A DNA stretch of 64,000 bases. Origin: Paraphysomonas bandaiensis (taxonomy: Eukaryota > Protista > Chrysophyceae). This document shows positions 14,001 through 26,931 of the stretch, piece by piece (position 1 is the first letter of the stretch; each line of letters begins with the position of its first letter). The notes under the pieces were generated by a model, which was not told the DNA's origin, searched no databases, and saw only the letters and a list, made by a program, of their open reading frames with translations. The position numbers were made by a program, and so were the translations under genes. Location: contig CBFFRP010000645.1 of assembly GCA_965644295.1 (NCBI GenBank), forward strand, positions 1 to 64,000, in the 5' to 3' direction.

Positions 14001-16879
14001 TTACATTTTATCACTGCTTACACGCTGACCGTGATGTTAACGTGTGTGTATATATTTTACTCCTCCTCTATCGATTTATATATAATGATGGAGGAGGGTA
14101 ACTACCATGGTATTTTATCTTATTATTGTGACCGAATATCAGGATGGTAAGGTCTCTAATCTCCGACTGTAACATGGAAGAGAATGAAGAAGAGATGGAT
14201 GATGTATGTGATCCGTTAGAAGCCCAGTCAAACTTACATCAGATCATAAAGATCATATCCCAAGTGGCTAAGAGTCACGTATGTGGTAACAATATATGTT
14301 TGGACACCATAGACTGACGGTCTTGTGTGTTGGCATATATGACTATATGATGTGTATTAAGTTACAGTGAGTGTTGTGTTGAGTGGCATATTTTCTGAAT
14401 TCTAATGTTATATTTTTGTACGCTGCCTTTCTACAAATAATGGATAATTTTTTCATGGACTGCAGGAAGTGTTTGAAGAGTTTCGAGCTGTTGACACACC
14501 AGGTATATTACACAGTTTGTGGTGTCGCTGATTTACGAGTTATATTTAGGATCGCCTGAAGAGCGTCCAACCCCTCTGTTTATAAACATTATTCGTGATA
14601 TATGTGGATTATATTCAACTTCCTCGGTACTGGATGATGCAGTTCAAGCTATTCAGTCAATGTTCATTATGCTCCGAGGTATGGCTGGCCGTTTTATGGC
14701 AATGTGTGGCCCCGGTAGAGGCGGCCTAAGGCATCTGGAAGGCGCATTGATGCTCTCTGTGGAAGTTGTATGTTTAATGGATAAACTGCAAGAACGGTAC
14801 GACAACAGTACATTGCTCAATGTACTTTTCTTGTACGGTCGATATCATATTGTACTAAATGCGGATGAAACTTATCGTCCGCTATGTCTTACAGTGAATG
14901 ACTTGCTGTTTCTATGTGTTTTCTAGATGTAGTGCAAATCTCGGGGATGGTACACTAGGTTCTCATATTGTTTCGAATCTTGTTACGACTTCTGTTCTTT
15001 CGCGTTCAATCAGCGATCTTTGCGACCAAATGCTACAGTATGACTGGCACTCGAATGACTCCGTTGAAAAAGTTCCTTATGGTCCTAAAAATGTGGGGGT
15101 TCTAGTTCAAATGCACATCAAACATGCCATGGAACCATTAGTTCGTGTCAGAGCATTGGTAGATGATGTTATCCCTGAGTTAAAAGAACTTCGATTTAAT
15201 GAACCCACAACGAATTATGCCACTCTTTCCATTGGTGCGTAAAACTTTCTTTATGTGTTTGTATGGATGAATATAGTTGAATTAATATATAGGCGCAGCT
15301 GTATTAACAGTTGCGTGAATGCTAGTGTTCAAGACAACTGTATGTTCCGTTCTCACTAATGTTTGCAGCATCTTTTGTGCACTATATGCATCCATTGCTA
15401 CAGTCACTCGCTGGGTTATGGAAACGGGCATGTGTCTCTGAGCAAGGCGTATGCGATGACCCGGATGCTCTTGTGAGCATTGTCCACTGTTTTTCTTCTC
15501 TTATCATGCTCACCAAGTGCCCATCACAGGTCGGGAAATGAATTGCATTATAGTATTCGATACAACTATATATCGCTATCTTATCAGAGTATATACCTCG
15601 TCTAGTCTTGACTTGTATATGCAAATCCATTGCAGTATATATATAACATATTATGTGCTGCTCACCATGTGGACTTGTACATTACATTTCGTAGAGAGGT
15701 GTATTGAAAACAGAAAGCAGTAAGGTATTGATGGAATATATATAGGTGGATGGTAGTGGAGTGGGTTGTGGTTTCGATAAGCGTAATGTGCTGTGCGTGG
15801 CACTGAAAGAAGGGAGGATATTCTTGGAGCAATTTATAAGAACCAGTAAGGTGCGACAGAATATTCTACTAACTTGTGAAACAGTGTCTGTGTTAACAAT
15901 ATAACTTGTGGAATATGAAACTGAGCTATGTTTCGTGTCGCAGGGTTTACATCAACTCTTTGCTCAAGACCAGCAACTTGTTATCAATATGTTGACCACA
16001 CTCCAGGTAATATGATAAGTCCTAATAATTTAATTATACTGCATCAATGATGTCCCCCATTTACCGACGTAATTACGTATTGCATAATCTAGCGATGTAG
16101 ATCATCATTTTGAATTTAATATGTGCGCATTTCAGAAATCTACCAGGCAACTCCAATCACTGGCATCACATGGGAAAAGAACGCGGTAGGCCTACTGCTT
16201 CGCATCTGCGATGGATTCTCGTGTTCATGGCTTTTATAAACTTTTCGTCATTAGGGATAAAGTAATGTCGGCGGAAGGACCTCGATTGAAAAAGTGTGTT
16301 CTATTTACTTGGAATGTTTAATCGTATTGATTCTTGTCATAGAGTGTTGGAGACCCTCATATATCGTATGAAAGATATGGCTAGTGACAATTACTGCTTA
16401 GGTGTGACCATGTGTATAGCTTATGTATATATACCTATATAATCGCTTCTCTCAGGAGCTGTATGGGTGGGTAATTTGAAACACAGAAGAATCGATGGAA
16501 CTGAAGTATGTGCGCCAATAGATGTTTTCTACGTTGTAATATATGTCATTGTTGGCAGATCAGAGATGATGAATCAGAGTCCTCTCAAAGTAGTGAAAGT
16601 GACAACCCCGACAGCCGAGATAGTGATGATGAAGCGTATAGTAATGATGACGACAACGCAAGCGAAAATCAGGAAACTGAGCAAAGGCGTACTACCCCAG
16701 TCAGACTTCAAAATGATGACGAAGACGAAGTTCCTAAGAGTGATGTATCTCAATTATTATTCGGAGAGCGTCCTTCCAATAACATGGGCGTAAAGAGACC
16801 ACTTCATGTGTCGTCATCGATTGGTTCAGCTCATAAACGGAGAATTGTGGTTGATGACGAGGAGGACGAAGACACTTAG
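8006..16879 (+). CDS. FANCD2: Fanconi anemia group D2 protein homolog, many exons
   Basis: SLLRLLLRVQPIQ..L...LQKI; MPMVLLNHLRWCD (cf. PRLIVSQLKWLD); IDDIMILLKKY at ~11035-11070 (cf. human DDMHLVIRKQL, the K561 ubiquitination site); STRQLQSLASHGKR; VLETLIYRMK; AVWVGNLKHRRIDGTE (cf. AFWLGNLKNRDLQGEE); acidic tail ending at 16879. Confidence 0.88.
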
Positions 16880-17663
16880 ATGTCTTCCACTTATCGTCCC
16901 TCTAACGTAATATTAGGCGACTTAGGAATATTCTTTTCAACGAATACTTCTAATCTTGATGTCCTAAATGTTGTAGAAGATGTTGTAATATGTATGTATA
17001 TATATAATTAGGAGCGAAATATTATCGATAAATGCGATGGTGACGATAACTATTTTCTGTCAGCGTGTTTAATTTTTGATTCAGCAATACTTATTTAGAT
17101 ATAATGTATGGTACTCTCTGGAAATAAAATCCAAATTTGGTATATTTTCTGTGATTAGCTGTGAATGATCGTAGAAATAGATTTCGAAACAAATGTTGTG
17201 CCTTCAAAGATTGCTCACATTCCAGTATAGTTAGAAAGCATTTTCTTATTGTAATATTTTGCTAAAACTGTTTTTTATTCAATATATGCTGCTTAAGTAC
17301 ATCGATTACGTTATATAAAACACTGTACAGTATTTATAAACATTAGTGATTATAGATACGCTTACAACATTGGTGTAATGGTTGTAGTAGTATATTATTA
17401 TTAGTCACATATTCGAGAAGATGATCTCAACAGCAACTAAAAGAAGTGGAACTGCGTGAAACAGGTATACTTCAATATGAACTGTTAAGTATAATCCTCA
17501 GGATGCGTCTAAAGTAGGTTCCCTTGCATTGAACCATGCATGCATTAATGAACTCTATATTGAACTATTACGCACGTCGCAGATGACAAAATCGAGCCGA
17601 AAAAATGTCTAATACCTCTAATTCGTCCGGAGATTTTAACGGTTCACACATCATTTGGTGGTA

Positions 17664-18269
17664 TTATTTTAGTGAATGAGTATCCGAACAGTGGAGTGCT
17701 GAATCTTCGTCCTCACCGTCAGCTGTATCACTATCTCTTAGCTGGTTAATACTTATAACTTGATATAAGTACTTATCATATAGATCGATTACAGCTTGAT
17801 GCCTCTGAGGTGTTTTATCGATGCAAGCTTCATTAATGAGGAGTGGAATGAAGCCTCTGTTCATGGCCCCTACAGCCGTTTCATGCACACATGCAGCTGT
17901 TAACATCCCCATAAGATACACATGAGTTACTCCACATGCAGTTAAATAATCTGCTAATTGAGTATTATGAAATCCATTGATTGTATCTTTAGTTATTATC
18001 ACTTCTCCTTGCATCTCTTGTGCCCATTCCACGGCTGCAGTGTCAGTTGGATAGGGTTTATGTATTTTCATTACACGTGAGTATGTTACCATAGGAGTAT
18101 GTGTATATACAGCCCGTACATGAATTATACGGGGAGGAGGATGGGAAGACCGGAATAGAGTCAAACATTCACATACTTTTTGTTTGAAAGTGAAGAGTGA
18201 AGTTTCTGAAAGTGAAGAAGTGAAGGCTGGTTGAAGATCGATGACGAGAAGGGCAGAAGTGGGGGACAT
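17664..18269 (-). CDS. Isochorismatase-family cysteine hydrolase (single exon)
   Basis: SALLVIDLQ (catalytic Asp), ITKDTINGFHNTQLADYL (Lys) and GMLTAACVHETA (Cys nucleophile). ATG at 18269. Confidence 0.9.
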   Translation of the reverse strand: MSPTSALLVIDLQPAFTSSLSETSLFTFKQKVCECLTLFRSSHPPPRIIHVRAVYTHTPMVTYSRVMKIHKPYPTDTAAVEWAQEMQGEVIITKDTINGFHNTQLADYLTACGVTHVYLMGMLTAACVHETAVGAMNRGFIPLLINEACIDKTPQRHQAVIDLYDKYLYQVISINQLRDSDTADGEDEDSALHCSDTHSLK

Positions 18270-18627
18270 CCACACGCGTATGAGAGGAGGGGTATATGAA
18301 TGAGGATCTATGAACTATGAAGAGAAAGTTGAACTGGATTTGATTAGAAGTGTAAGATCAGGAGTGTCCTTTCAAACACACATGCATCCATCCATCTACA
18401 CACATACAATACATACACTACATATATATATACCCTAAAATCGATTTTTTCCTGGACTTTGGTGCAAAAATATCGACTTTTTTCACATATCTGAGTTTTT
18501 TTCAGTTTTTTTCATGTAAATCAGTGTAATTTTATATGTCGTGTAACTCTACATACACGTACATATACATACTCTGTACACGTACATACATACACATGCA
18601 TACAAGGCACATGCTATTAACACACGC

Positions 18628-19896
18628 ATGGTATCATATACATATACATCCATCTCCTTCATCACTATGATCTGCTCATATATACTATACACCATAGCAA
18701 TCACTGCTATATCCCTCCCACCTCTCCTGTACGTCCTCTCCCTCCTCCTGTCTCCTTCCTTCTCTTATAAGGGCGCCCATGTGGCTGTTACCGGGGGCTC
18801 AAGTGGTATCGGCCTAGAGGCCGCTAAAGGTACATAGACACACACACACACACATACACACATACAGTTACATGCATATACATACGCGTGTATAGATATA
18901 ACATACATACATATGCATACATACACACACGTATGTCTCTCTCTATATACACGTATATACACATACACACATACATATATACACACGTATATAACATAAC
19001 TTACAGAGTATTTACGTAACGGCTCCAATGTAACAATAATCGCACGAAACAAACAAAGACTCGAAACAGCTTTACGCCAATTAGAAGATTATGTGAAGAC
19101 GTTAAGCGGACCTCCTCCTAAGATCATGAGTGTTGCTGTGGATGTGAGTGTCTCAGAGGAGACTTTCTCGAAAGCATTATTACCTGCTATTGAAGAGATG
19201 GGTGAGATTGATGTACTTGTGAATTGTGCTGGTACATCGGTTGCAGGGGAGTTTACTGCATTACAAGAGGAAGAGTTCGAACGGATGCTACGCATTAATG
19301 TTTTAGGATCAATCTTTCCGACTAGAAGTGTTATTGAGGGCATGAAGCGTCGACGCCGTGGTAGAATTGTCTTTGTATCTTCACAGGTTGCCCAAGTGGC
19401 CTTATATGGATATACCGCTTATGCCGCCTCGAAGTGGGCTCTCAGAGGTCTCGCAGAGGCACTTCAGATGGAACTTAAGCCTTACAACATCTATGTTTCT
19501 GTCGTGTACCCTCCGGATACTGACACACCCGGTTATGAGGTTGAGATGCAGAGTAAACCAGATATAACGAAAAAGCTCAGTGAATCAGGAGATGTGTTTA
19601 AACCTGAACAAGTTGCGGCCAATATGGTCAAGTACAGTGCTATGGGCTACTTTGGTATTGGAACAGGGTTAGATGGATGGCTTCTGAAGCAGTTACATCC
19701 TGGAATGAGTCCAGTGAATTCATTATGGGAGGTTGTCACGGGAATACTATTTTCTCCTCTCTGCCGCATTATATCTGTCTTTTATGTACTCTCTTGGGAC
19801 CAATTGTGCGCTTCAGAAATCAAGAAAACGGCAACACCTACCTCGGACTCAATCAAGAAGAAATCTGGGAGAAAGAAGACGTCAAAAGCAGATTAG
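18628..19896 (+). CDS. KDSR: 3-ketodihydrosphingosine reductase (SDR family); exons 18628-18829 and 19007-19896
   Basis: N-terminal hydrophobic anchor, HVAVTGGSSGIG, VNCAG, YTAYAASKWALRGLAEALQME (YxxxK), and the KDSR/TSC10-typical YPPDTDTPG. A phase-1 GT-AG intron at 18830-19006 joins the frames. Confidence 0.9.
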
Positions 19897-20704
19897 CGCG
19901 ATGATAAATTAGTGAGGTAGTGATATACACGCTGCCGTTATGCTGACGTTTCCGAAGTGTTAGCAGTAGATAATACTTTTTCCCTGTAGTGGCTCTGCAA
20001 TCATATTACTATGGTGTAAGTTAAAAGATTGCTTTCAAAACAACAAATGGTTATAATAAATATGGAATAGATCTACAGTGACCTAGAGTAGTACGTATCA
20101 CACGTTATACACATAGCAGTGAGATGACTATGCGCTGTTGAGATACCTAATTTATAATTTACAAATGGCTTCGATATTTTGAATTTTTTGATAGCGCAGA
20201 AAAAAATAATCTGTCCTAATCCATCACAGCTTCTAAACAACGCTGTGTAGACAAATACATTGCGCTTGTTAGTGATGACGCAACTACTTTAACCTATTGT
20301 TTTAAGGCTGCCTTCTTGTGCATTTTCTGCTCAGAGTCTAGAATGGCACAGTAGCTAATTCCATAACTAAATCTGAGGACGCGCGCAGACCTTACCTGAA
20401 GCAGTTCAAAAATGGAGGGGGAGAGAAATCCCCTTTTACCCCCTAAGCTCTGACGAACGAGGTGGGTAAGAAACAATACGTCGTAAACTTGATATTTTTT
20501 AATTCAGCTTTTCACACTTAATAGCTACCTCATACTATGCTAATCTTCTACACAGCTCACATTATCATAACATGACTCCCAGCTGATTTGCGAACCACAA
20601 CATCGCCATATATACGTAAGATAAATTGTACTTTCAAACAATATTCCGCTGGTCAAATCAAAAATACCCGGATCCAAGCAATAGGCGATAGGTTCGGCTA
20701 ACGT

Positions 20705-21513
20705 TTACCCGCTAGCTTCACCGGGCTGGGCACCGTCATTCGCCTCGCTACCTCCTTGCACTGGTGGAGCGACAGCTGCCTTGAACTTTTCAAAGGACAT
20801 GCTCTGCACAATGATTTCACCTGGTCCAGTGAGGGTACCATAACACAACCCTTCGCCGCCACAGCACATCCCTCCGCAGCCACCAGTCGGCTTTACACCA
20901 AAAGTAACTGACTCCTGGAATCCAACTATTGAAAGGGCGTCTACAATAACACGCTCCCCAGGCTTGAGAGTTTTCTGAAGGATAGTCCCGCCAGCTGCAT
21001 AAAAAACTGTTCCCTGTCCAGAAGCAGCCTGACGAATACAACCAAGTCCTCCACAACAGCAAGTTGCAGGATTACAATCCATATCAGCAGAGATTCCAAC
21101 ATCACCAATAGATGACATATATGCACCTTTCTTTGCAATAAATTTACCACCAACATTTGGTAAATGTAATGGAATCACTTTAGCCGGATAATTAGGTGTC
21201 AATGACACAAATCTGTGATATAAATATCAATGTATGTGTGAGATGTGAGTTCTGTATGAATATACCCGTTAGTGTCCCCTTTATTCGTATATACAGTCTT
21301 ACAACATGTTTCACCTGTACATATACGTGTACAACTACCACATCTGACTTCAGTTTTAATTGATGGACTCATCATCATCATTGTACCAGGTTCAGATTCA
21401 ATACAATCGTTTGGTTTCATATGGATTGATAAGACTTGACAGTCAGCCCCTGTGACAGCGTATGTACTGTCAATGGTAACATCAGGTACATATATTTCAA
21501 AATTAGATGCCAT
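20705..21513 (-). CDS. AIM24 / DUF124 family protein, Cys-rich paralog 1; intron 21265-21213
   Basis: GADCQVLSI, ESEPGTMMMMS, LTPNYPAKVIP, KKGAYM, GQGTVFYAAGGTILQKTLKPGE.VIVD, GGEGL..TLTGPG.IIVQSM are all AIM24 motifs. Confidence 0.88.
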
Positions 21514-22078
21514 TTAATTTAATTATTTGTGTTTTATTTAGTTATATAGAGTGATATGGAAGATCTCGGTGTTATATATATATGTGTGTATATGTATGTG
21601 TGTGTATATGTGTGGGGGGGTGGGTGGTATATACATACATATATATCTACATGCTATACGTCCTCTACACTATAGCACTGTATGCATGTAGGATGTAGGT
21701 ATATGTATGTATGTATATGTATGTATGTGTGTGTATGTATGTGTGTGTATGTGTGTGTATGTAGATACCATCATAATATTGTTGCTCTACATACCTCCAC
21801 ATACATCCCATTCTAGTGACTGTTAAAGATACCATCCGAATCCCGATCTTTTTTTTGCATATGTTGATACATATACATACACATACATATACATATAGAG
21901 GGAGTTGAACAGTATGTATGTACTGTATGTGTATGTATGTATGTAGATCCACGTCTCACTCCTCTACATACATACATACATACATACATACATCTCCCCA
22001 TCCACCTCATATATATACACCCCCCTCTTCCTCCTCTATACACTTATATATCAATTCAATCCTATTAATTCACATATC

Positions 22079-22869
22079 ATGCAATCATTTGAAGTAGTTG
22101 TACCTGATTTATCCTCCTCCTCTCATCCATACACCATCACAGGAGCAGATTGTCAAGTTTTATCAATTGAACTCCCATCACAATCAAAAGCTGAATGTGA
22201 ACCTGGTAGTATGTTAATAATGAGTTCTGATATATCAACTACAGTAGAATGTGGTTCATGTAGCCGTGTATGTACGGGGGAATCACTGTGTAAAGTTATA
22301 TATACAAATCAAGGGCAAGATACTGGGTAACTATACATACATACACTGCTATATAACACTCATATGTATATATTTATAGATTTCTTGCATTAACTCCAAA
22401 TTTTCCATCTAAAGTTATTCCAGCAAATTTATCAAATTATGGTGGAAAATTAATTGTGAAGAGTGGTGCATATATGGCTGCAATCGGAGATGTAAAAATT
22501 GCTGCTGATGTGGATTGTAATTGTTGCTCATGTTGCTGTGGTGGATTGGGTTTTATACGTCAAGCTGCATCAGGAACTGGAACTGTATTCTTAACGGCTG
22601 GTGGGACTGTGGTACAGAAAGTTCTTGCACCAGGAGAGCAGATACTTGTGGACACTAACTCTGTGGTAGGGTTTCAGGAAAGTGTAGAGATGGGTATTAA
22701 GGCCGCTGGAGGGTGCTGTACCTGTTGCTGCGGTGGAGAGGGAATGTTCAATACTACTCTCACTGGACCGGGTCTGGTTATTCTTCAGAGTATGTCTTTC
22801 GAGAAATACAAGGAAGCTATCTTGCCGAAGGTGAAGTTGCAAAAGGGAGACACCGCACTCGATGCGTAG
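22079..22869 (+). CDS. AIM24 / DUF124 family protein, Cys-rich paralog 2; intron 22327-22379
   Basis: Same motifs as paralog 1 (TGADCQVLSI, EPGSML, LTPNFPSKVIP, GGEGMFNTTLTGPGLVILQSM) and a phase-2 intron at the homologous Gly codon. Confidence 0.88.
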
Positions 22870-23192
22870 TTTACGCAAGGATATACAAGATTCACTGTAG
22901 TGTAAGTCATTGCAATGTAGTTTTGTAGTCAATGAGAATGAGATGTTTTGTGATTTAGCCAGGTGTAATGGTAGTTATTTCTTGATGGCATGATGTAAGC
23001 CACGCTATATCTGCGTAGTGTATTCAGTAATTAAATATCAAACGTTAGCAGTGATACGCTTATGACCGATGGAAAACCATTGCATTTGGAAAGGCTAATA
23101 TAAATGTCTACTACATGTGTTGTATATTATGAAAATGAAGAAGCTGAATCAAATTAAGAATGCTTCCTTGCAACGTTACCAAATCAGTCTGC

Positions 23193-24240
23193 AACCAGAA
23201 CGGATAAATGCTACTCTATGAGCCACAATCATTCAGGTGCTTCTAAAATATTAAGAGTTAAAGGCCTACCAAATGCAGTGACTGATATGATTTCTACAGC
23301 TAGACAGGATCCCACATCACCGTAATTGTATACGGCTTGAGAATTTTGAAAGTTTCAAGGCACTTCAAACAAGAGGCTCAAGTCAAGAGAATTTCTATGA
23401 ACCGGAAACCAGGGATAGGGAACAATATATTGCAATACTATTGTTAGATAGCGTTCCATCAATAGATTTTTTAAACCGGTCCTACAATACAATTACAATA
23501 TATTGCAATATATTAAAGACCACATGACAACCAAACCAACTGCTGCTTATAGCTACTAAAAATCTACCTCGTCCTCATCCTCTGAGCCATCATCGGTGAG
23601 GTCAACATCACCATATTCATCCACAGAATTAATTGAAATATGCTAGTATCCGGCCATAACTGTCGAATAGCTTTCAGAAACAACAGCATATATTAAGTAG
23701 GATGGATACTTTTGCGCAACACTGATATAATATGTTTAGCTGTGCTGAACAGACGTTCCCATGTATTGGAAGTACATACCAGGGCCAGGCAACCGTTAGT
23801 GACTCGTGGATCTGTACGTTTCTTAATTTTTTGAGCTGACTGAAGATTTTTAGTCGCATAGTCAACATCAGCTTCATTATCCTTTGTAATATTGTAATCA
23901 ATTTATCGGTTATTTATATTCATTTTGCACCCTACAGTTGAGAATCTTCTCTTATATGACTATCATAATATTGATTGCAATATACTGCAATAGTATTGTG
24001 AGCTCTTTTAGCAGAAACAATATTGATGGGATTTTTGGCCGGTCGACCAATCAATATATTTTACAATATATTAAAATATATTGTACAATGTATTGCAATA
24101 CAATATATTGTTCCCTATCCCTGCCGGAAACTATATGATAGATTTTTGAGAGACTTTCTTTAGAGCAAGGTATTCTGCATCTTAATGATCCGAATTTTCA
24201 AAAAATGTCGCAGAAATCTAAGTATGCAGACGAGTAATTT
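23193..24240 (+). repeat. Dispersed repeat family C, copy 1 (~330 bp), interrupted by the hAT element
   Basis: 23193-23409 plus 24132-24240 align with 29705-30035, e.g. catcaccgtaattgtatacggcttgagaat and gaaagtttcaaggcacttcaaacaagaggctcaagtcaagagaat. Confidence 0.9.
23410..24123. mobile_element. Non-autonomous hAT-superfamily DNA transposon (714 bp)
   Basis: Perfect 23-bp TIRs (cagggatagggaacaatatattg / caatatattgttccctatccctg) and an 8-bp TSD ccggaaac (23402-23409, 24124-24131). The TIR begins CAGGGAT like maize Ac. Subterminal caatatattg/attgcaata repeats occur at both ends. Confidence 0.93.
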
Positions 24241-24354
24241 CAGATTCCAAAATTGTGTTGAGTTTTGTTTTTTCTTTGTCGATGATATTGTCATTTCATG
24301 TGCTAAAATTAAACTTTTCTCAGAGATTAAGAAATAAGACATGAATTAGTATAC

Positions 24355-24985
24355 GATTTGATATGTCAGATATGGGAGACTTGGAACACGTTTTCAACGT
24401 TTGAGTTACTAGGACGTGATCAGTCTGCTTGTACCAAAATGATCTTTACAAAATATGAAGATTTCCTTGTGAAAATTCTCTCTGCTTACTGATGCCTCGG
24501 AACATATAAATTCACCTCCAGTGGAACTTCCATTTGATGTGTGAGAGGAAATAGACGAGTATCCGTACCGTAGCGTACTAGGTGTTACGCTGTTTTTATC
24601 AATCATATATACACGCCCTGGTATATTGCATATATGCTTTAGTTGTTATCACGATATATATATGCTGCTAAAAGCCAACACTGGCTTCATGTAAACTTAT
24701 GACTCACTTCTTACAGTGTGCCAGGAGAACACTTAAAGAAGTAATCCGATGCAGTGGATCCACATTTGATATGGATATTTAGACGGACGCTGACTTGGCT
24801 AGTGATGGACTACAGGATACATTGCATTTTCATCCCGCAGGGCCACTTACTTGGCTATCCATTCTACAGGCTACTGTATTGACATCATCCATGTATCGTC
24901 ATCGTCAGCGAATATCAAGCCATGCATGCTGGTATGCAGGAACTGGTGTGGCTTTGAGGGATCCTGACCGAGATGATGTCAAACA
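24355..24985 (+). pseudogene. Degenerate Ty1/Copia LTR-retrotransposon pol fragment (RT C-terminus + RNase H)
   Basis: Across frameshifts the + strand reads FDMSDMGDLEHVFNV*VTRT..DQSA, EYPYRSVLG..LFLS..TRPG, TDADLASD, TTGYIAF, AGPLTWLSILQATVLTSSM and SEYQAMHAGMQELVWL*GILTEM. These match Copia motifs DLG..FL, YPYR..VG.L.Y..TRPD, DADWAGD, GPISW.S..Q..VA.SS and EAEY.A...E..WLR. Confidence 0.88.
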
Positions 24986-25779
24986 TTGATATATATGAGA
25001 AAGAAAGTTGTTAGAGTATATATTCGTTCTGATAGTGATAGCTACAATGTAGCTGGACGATGTAGCTGGCATTGGCTAAGTGGAGAAAGTAATTCAACAA
25101 AAGGAGAAACAAAATGGTGGTATATCTAAGTATATGTACGCAACCGAACAAGTGATGTAAGCACATCGCAACATTGAATATGATGCTGTTTCTGAAAGTT
25201 AACCAGCACATGTGGTCGTGCTGATGATAAGAAGGTTGCCGATTTTGATAGCTGAAATATGCCACCACATGCTTCAACAAAACATGTACTTCAAGTAATT
25301 CTATAGACATACAGTAGTAGCAATGTCTCGACTTCTATCATATCACTGTATGTGTAGATGTATTGCTGTGCGACAAATGCAGGGCACGATATCCTGTGTT
25401 CTTTTTTGTGTATTACTAGAACTATGAAGTTGGACGAAGTAAAGAGACCTGAAAGAGAACTTTCACTCCACAAGTTGAAAAAAACATTTATATTAGGAAA
25501 ACATACGAAGAACCATACGATCAATTAATCAAAGATGTGTGCTTCATACCCCCCTATTGTATATTAAAAACTACGAGCTCGATCGATGCAATATTCATTG
25601 TGGCAGTATGTCACAACGGAAAGCTCAACTCAATCGAACACCGCAAAAGAAACTCATATAAAATATCGTCCACAGTATGATAATATGAAAAACAATGACT
25701 TCATCTAAACACTTTGAAAAAAAAGTACATAGCTGGCATTAAGTTGACGGTACATATGCGGCCTTCACAATGAACACCA

Positions 25780-26177
25780 CTATTCTTTTATAACTGTCAG
25801 ATCTTTGGTAGAGAGAGAATCATTGATGACTACCTGTACAATAAGAGCTTATATACATATAATGATAGCAGTGTGATGTGTACCTCAAATGCAGTGTGAG
25901 TCATACATATGGAGCGTAGTTTCTCCATAATATGAGAATATTTCTCAATAGGTACTTGTATTTGTATCTCACCATCACCAGTTAGCACGACATGATTATC
26001 CACAATATGTGATTCAATAGATGCATGTGTCAGTGCACCATATGGTTCAAAGATGTCGACAATATCATAGAGACGTGAGTTGGGTGGTAACTTATGCATT
26101 GTAAGAGCTATAATCGCCATACCATTGCATGAATTATTGTATGTAGTAGAAGAAGATTGATTTGTTTCCTGTGCCAT
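25780..26177 (-). CDS. Small hypothetical protein with a possible RRM-like fold; probable intron 25883-25834
   Basis: LTMHKLPPNSRLYDIVDIFEPYGAL resembles the RNP2/helix-1 start of RRMs (L.V.NLP......L...F..YG.I). A phase-0 GT..CAG intron adds VVINDSLSTKDLTVIKE*. Confidence 0.5.
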
Positions 26178-26931
26178 CTCAATAATTCCTTTAAATTATA
26201 TTGATATTGACAAATTATGAAGATGAAACTATTTAATGAGATCGTCAGTATGATCTCCATGTATCGTTATTGATGTTACACTCCCTCATGGGAATATATT
26301 CAACATCAATCCCTTTTTTAGGGATTTCATGGGAATCTTTATGATTTTATTGGGATATATATAATATATTTCATGGATTTTGTGATCTATAAATATGAAA
26401 ATACGTGTTTTTAGGGGTATAATTGTAAAATAATTCAATTCAACAAAAATTGATGGAATTTGGAATCTTCTATACAATTACACGATGAGCCAGTCCAAGT
26501 CGTGTGTACGACGTCTACATTCAACACCTGAAAACCTAAAACCCTCAGTTTCTGCAAGATTGCTAGAATATTCAGTATACTAAACATCAAATACGGCTTT
26601 TCTACATTAAATATCGTGATTTTGTATATAAGAACTTGATTACAGTAGTAATAAAACTAAAATTCTAATATTTATATAAATATTCGAAAAAATTTCAGCT
26701 AAATCAATGATTTTTATACTTCTATAGGAAATTTCAGTATCAATCATATACAGTAGTTCAAGTTACTTGTTGATCTTTCTTTCCTATAGAAATCCGACCT
26801 GTGACATACACACATACATATACACACATGCATTAGAGAGTAACACTATTCAACTCAGTGTTAATAGAATCAATTGTGTTGTAAGGAACACTCTATTCAT
26901 TCTCTATCTTTCATACAATAGTCTCATTTCA

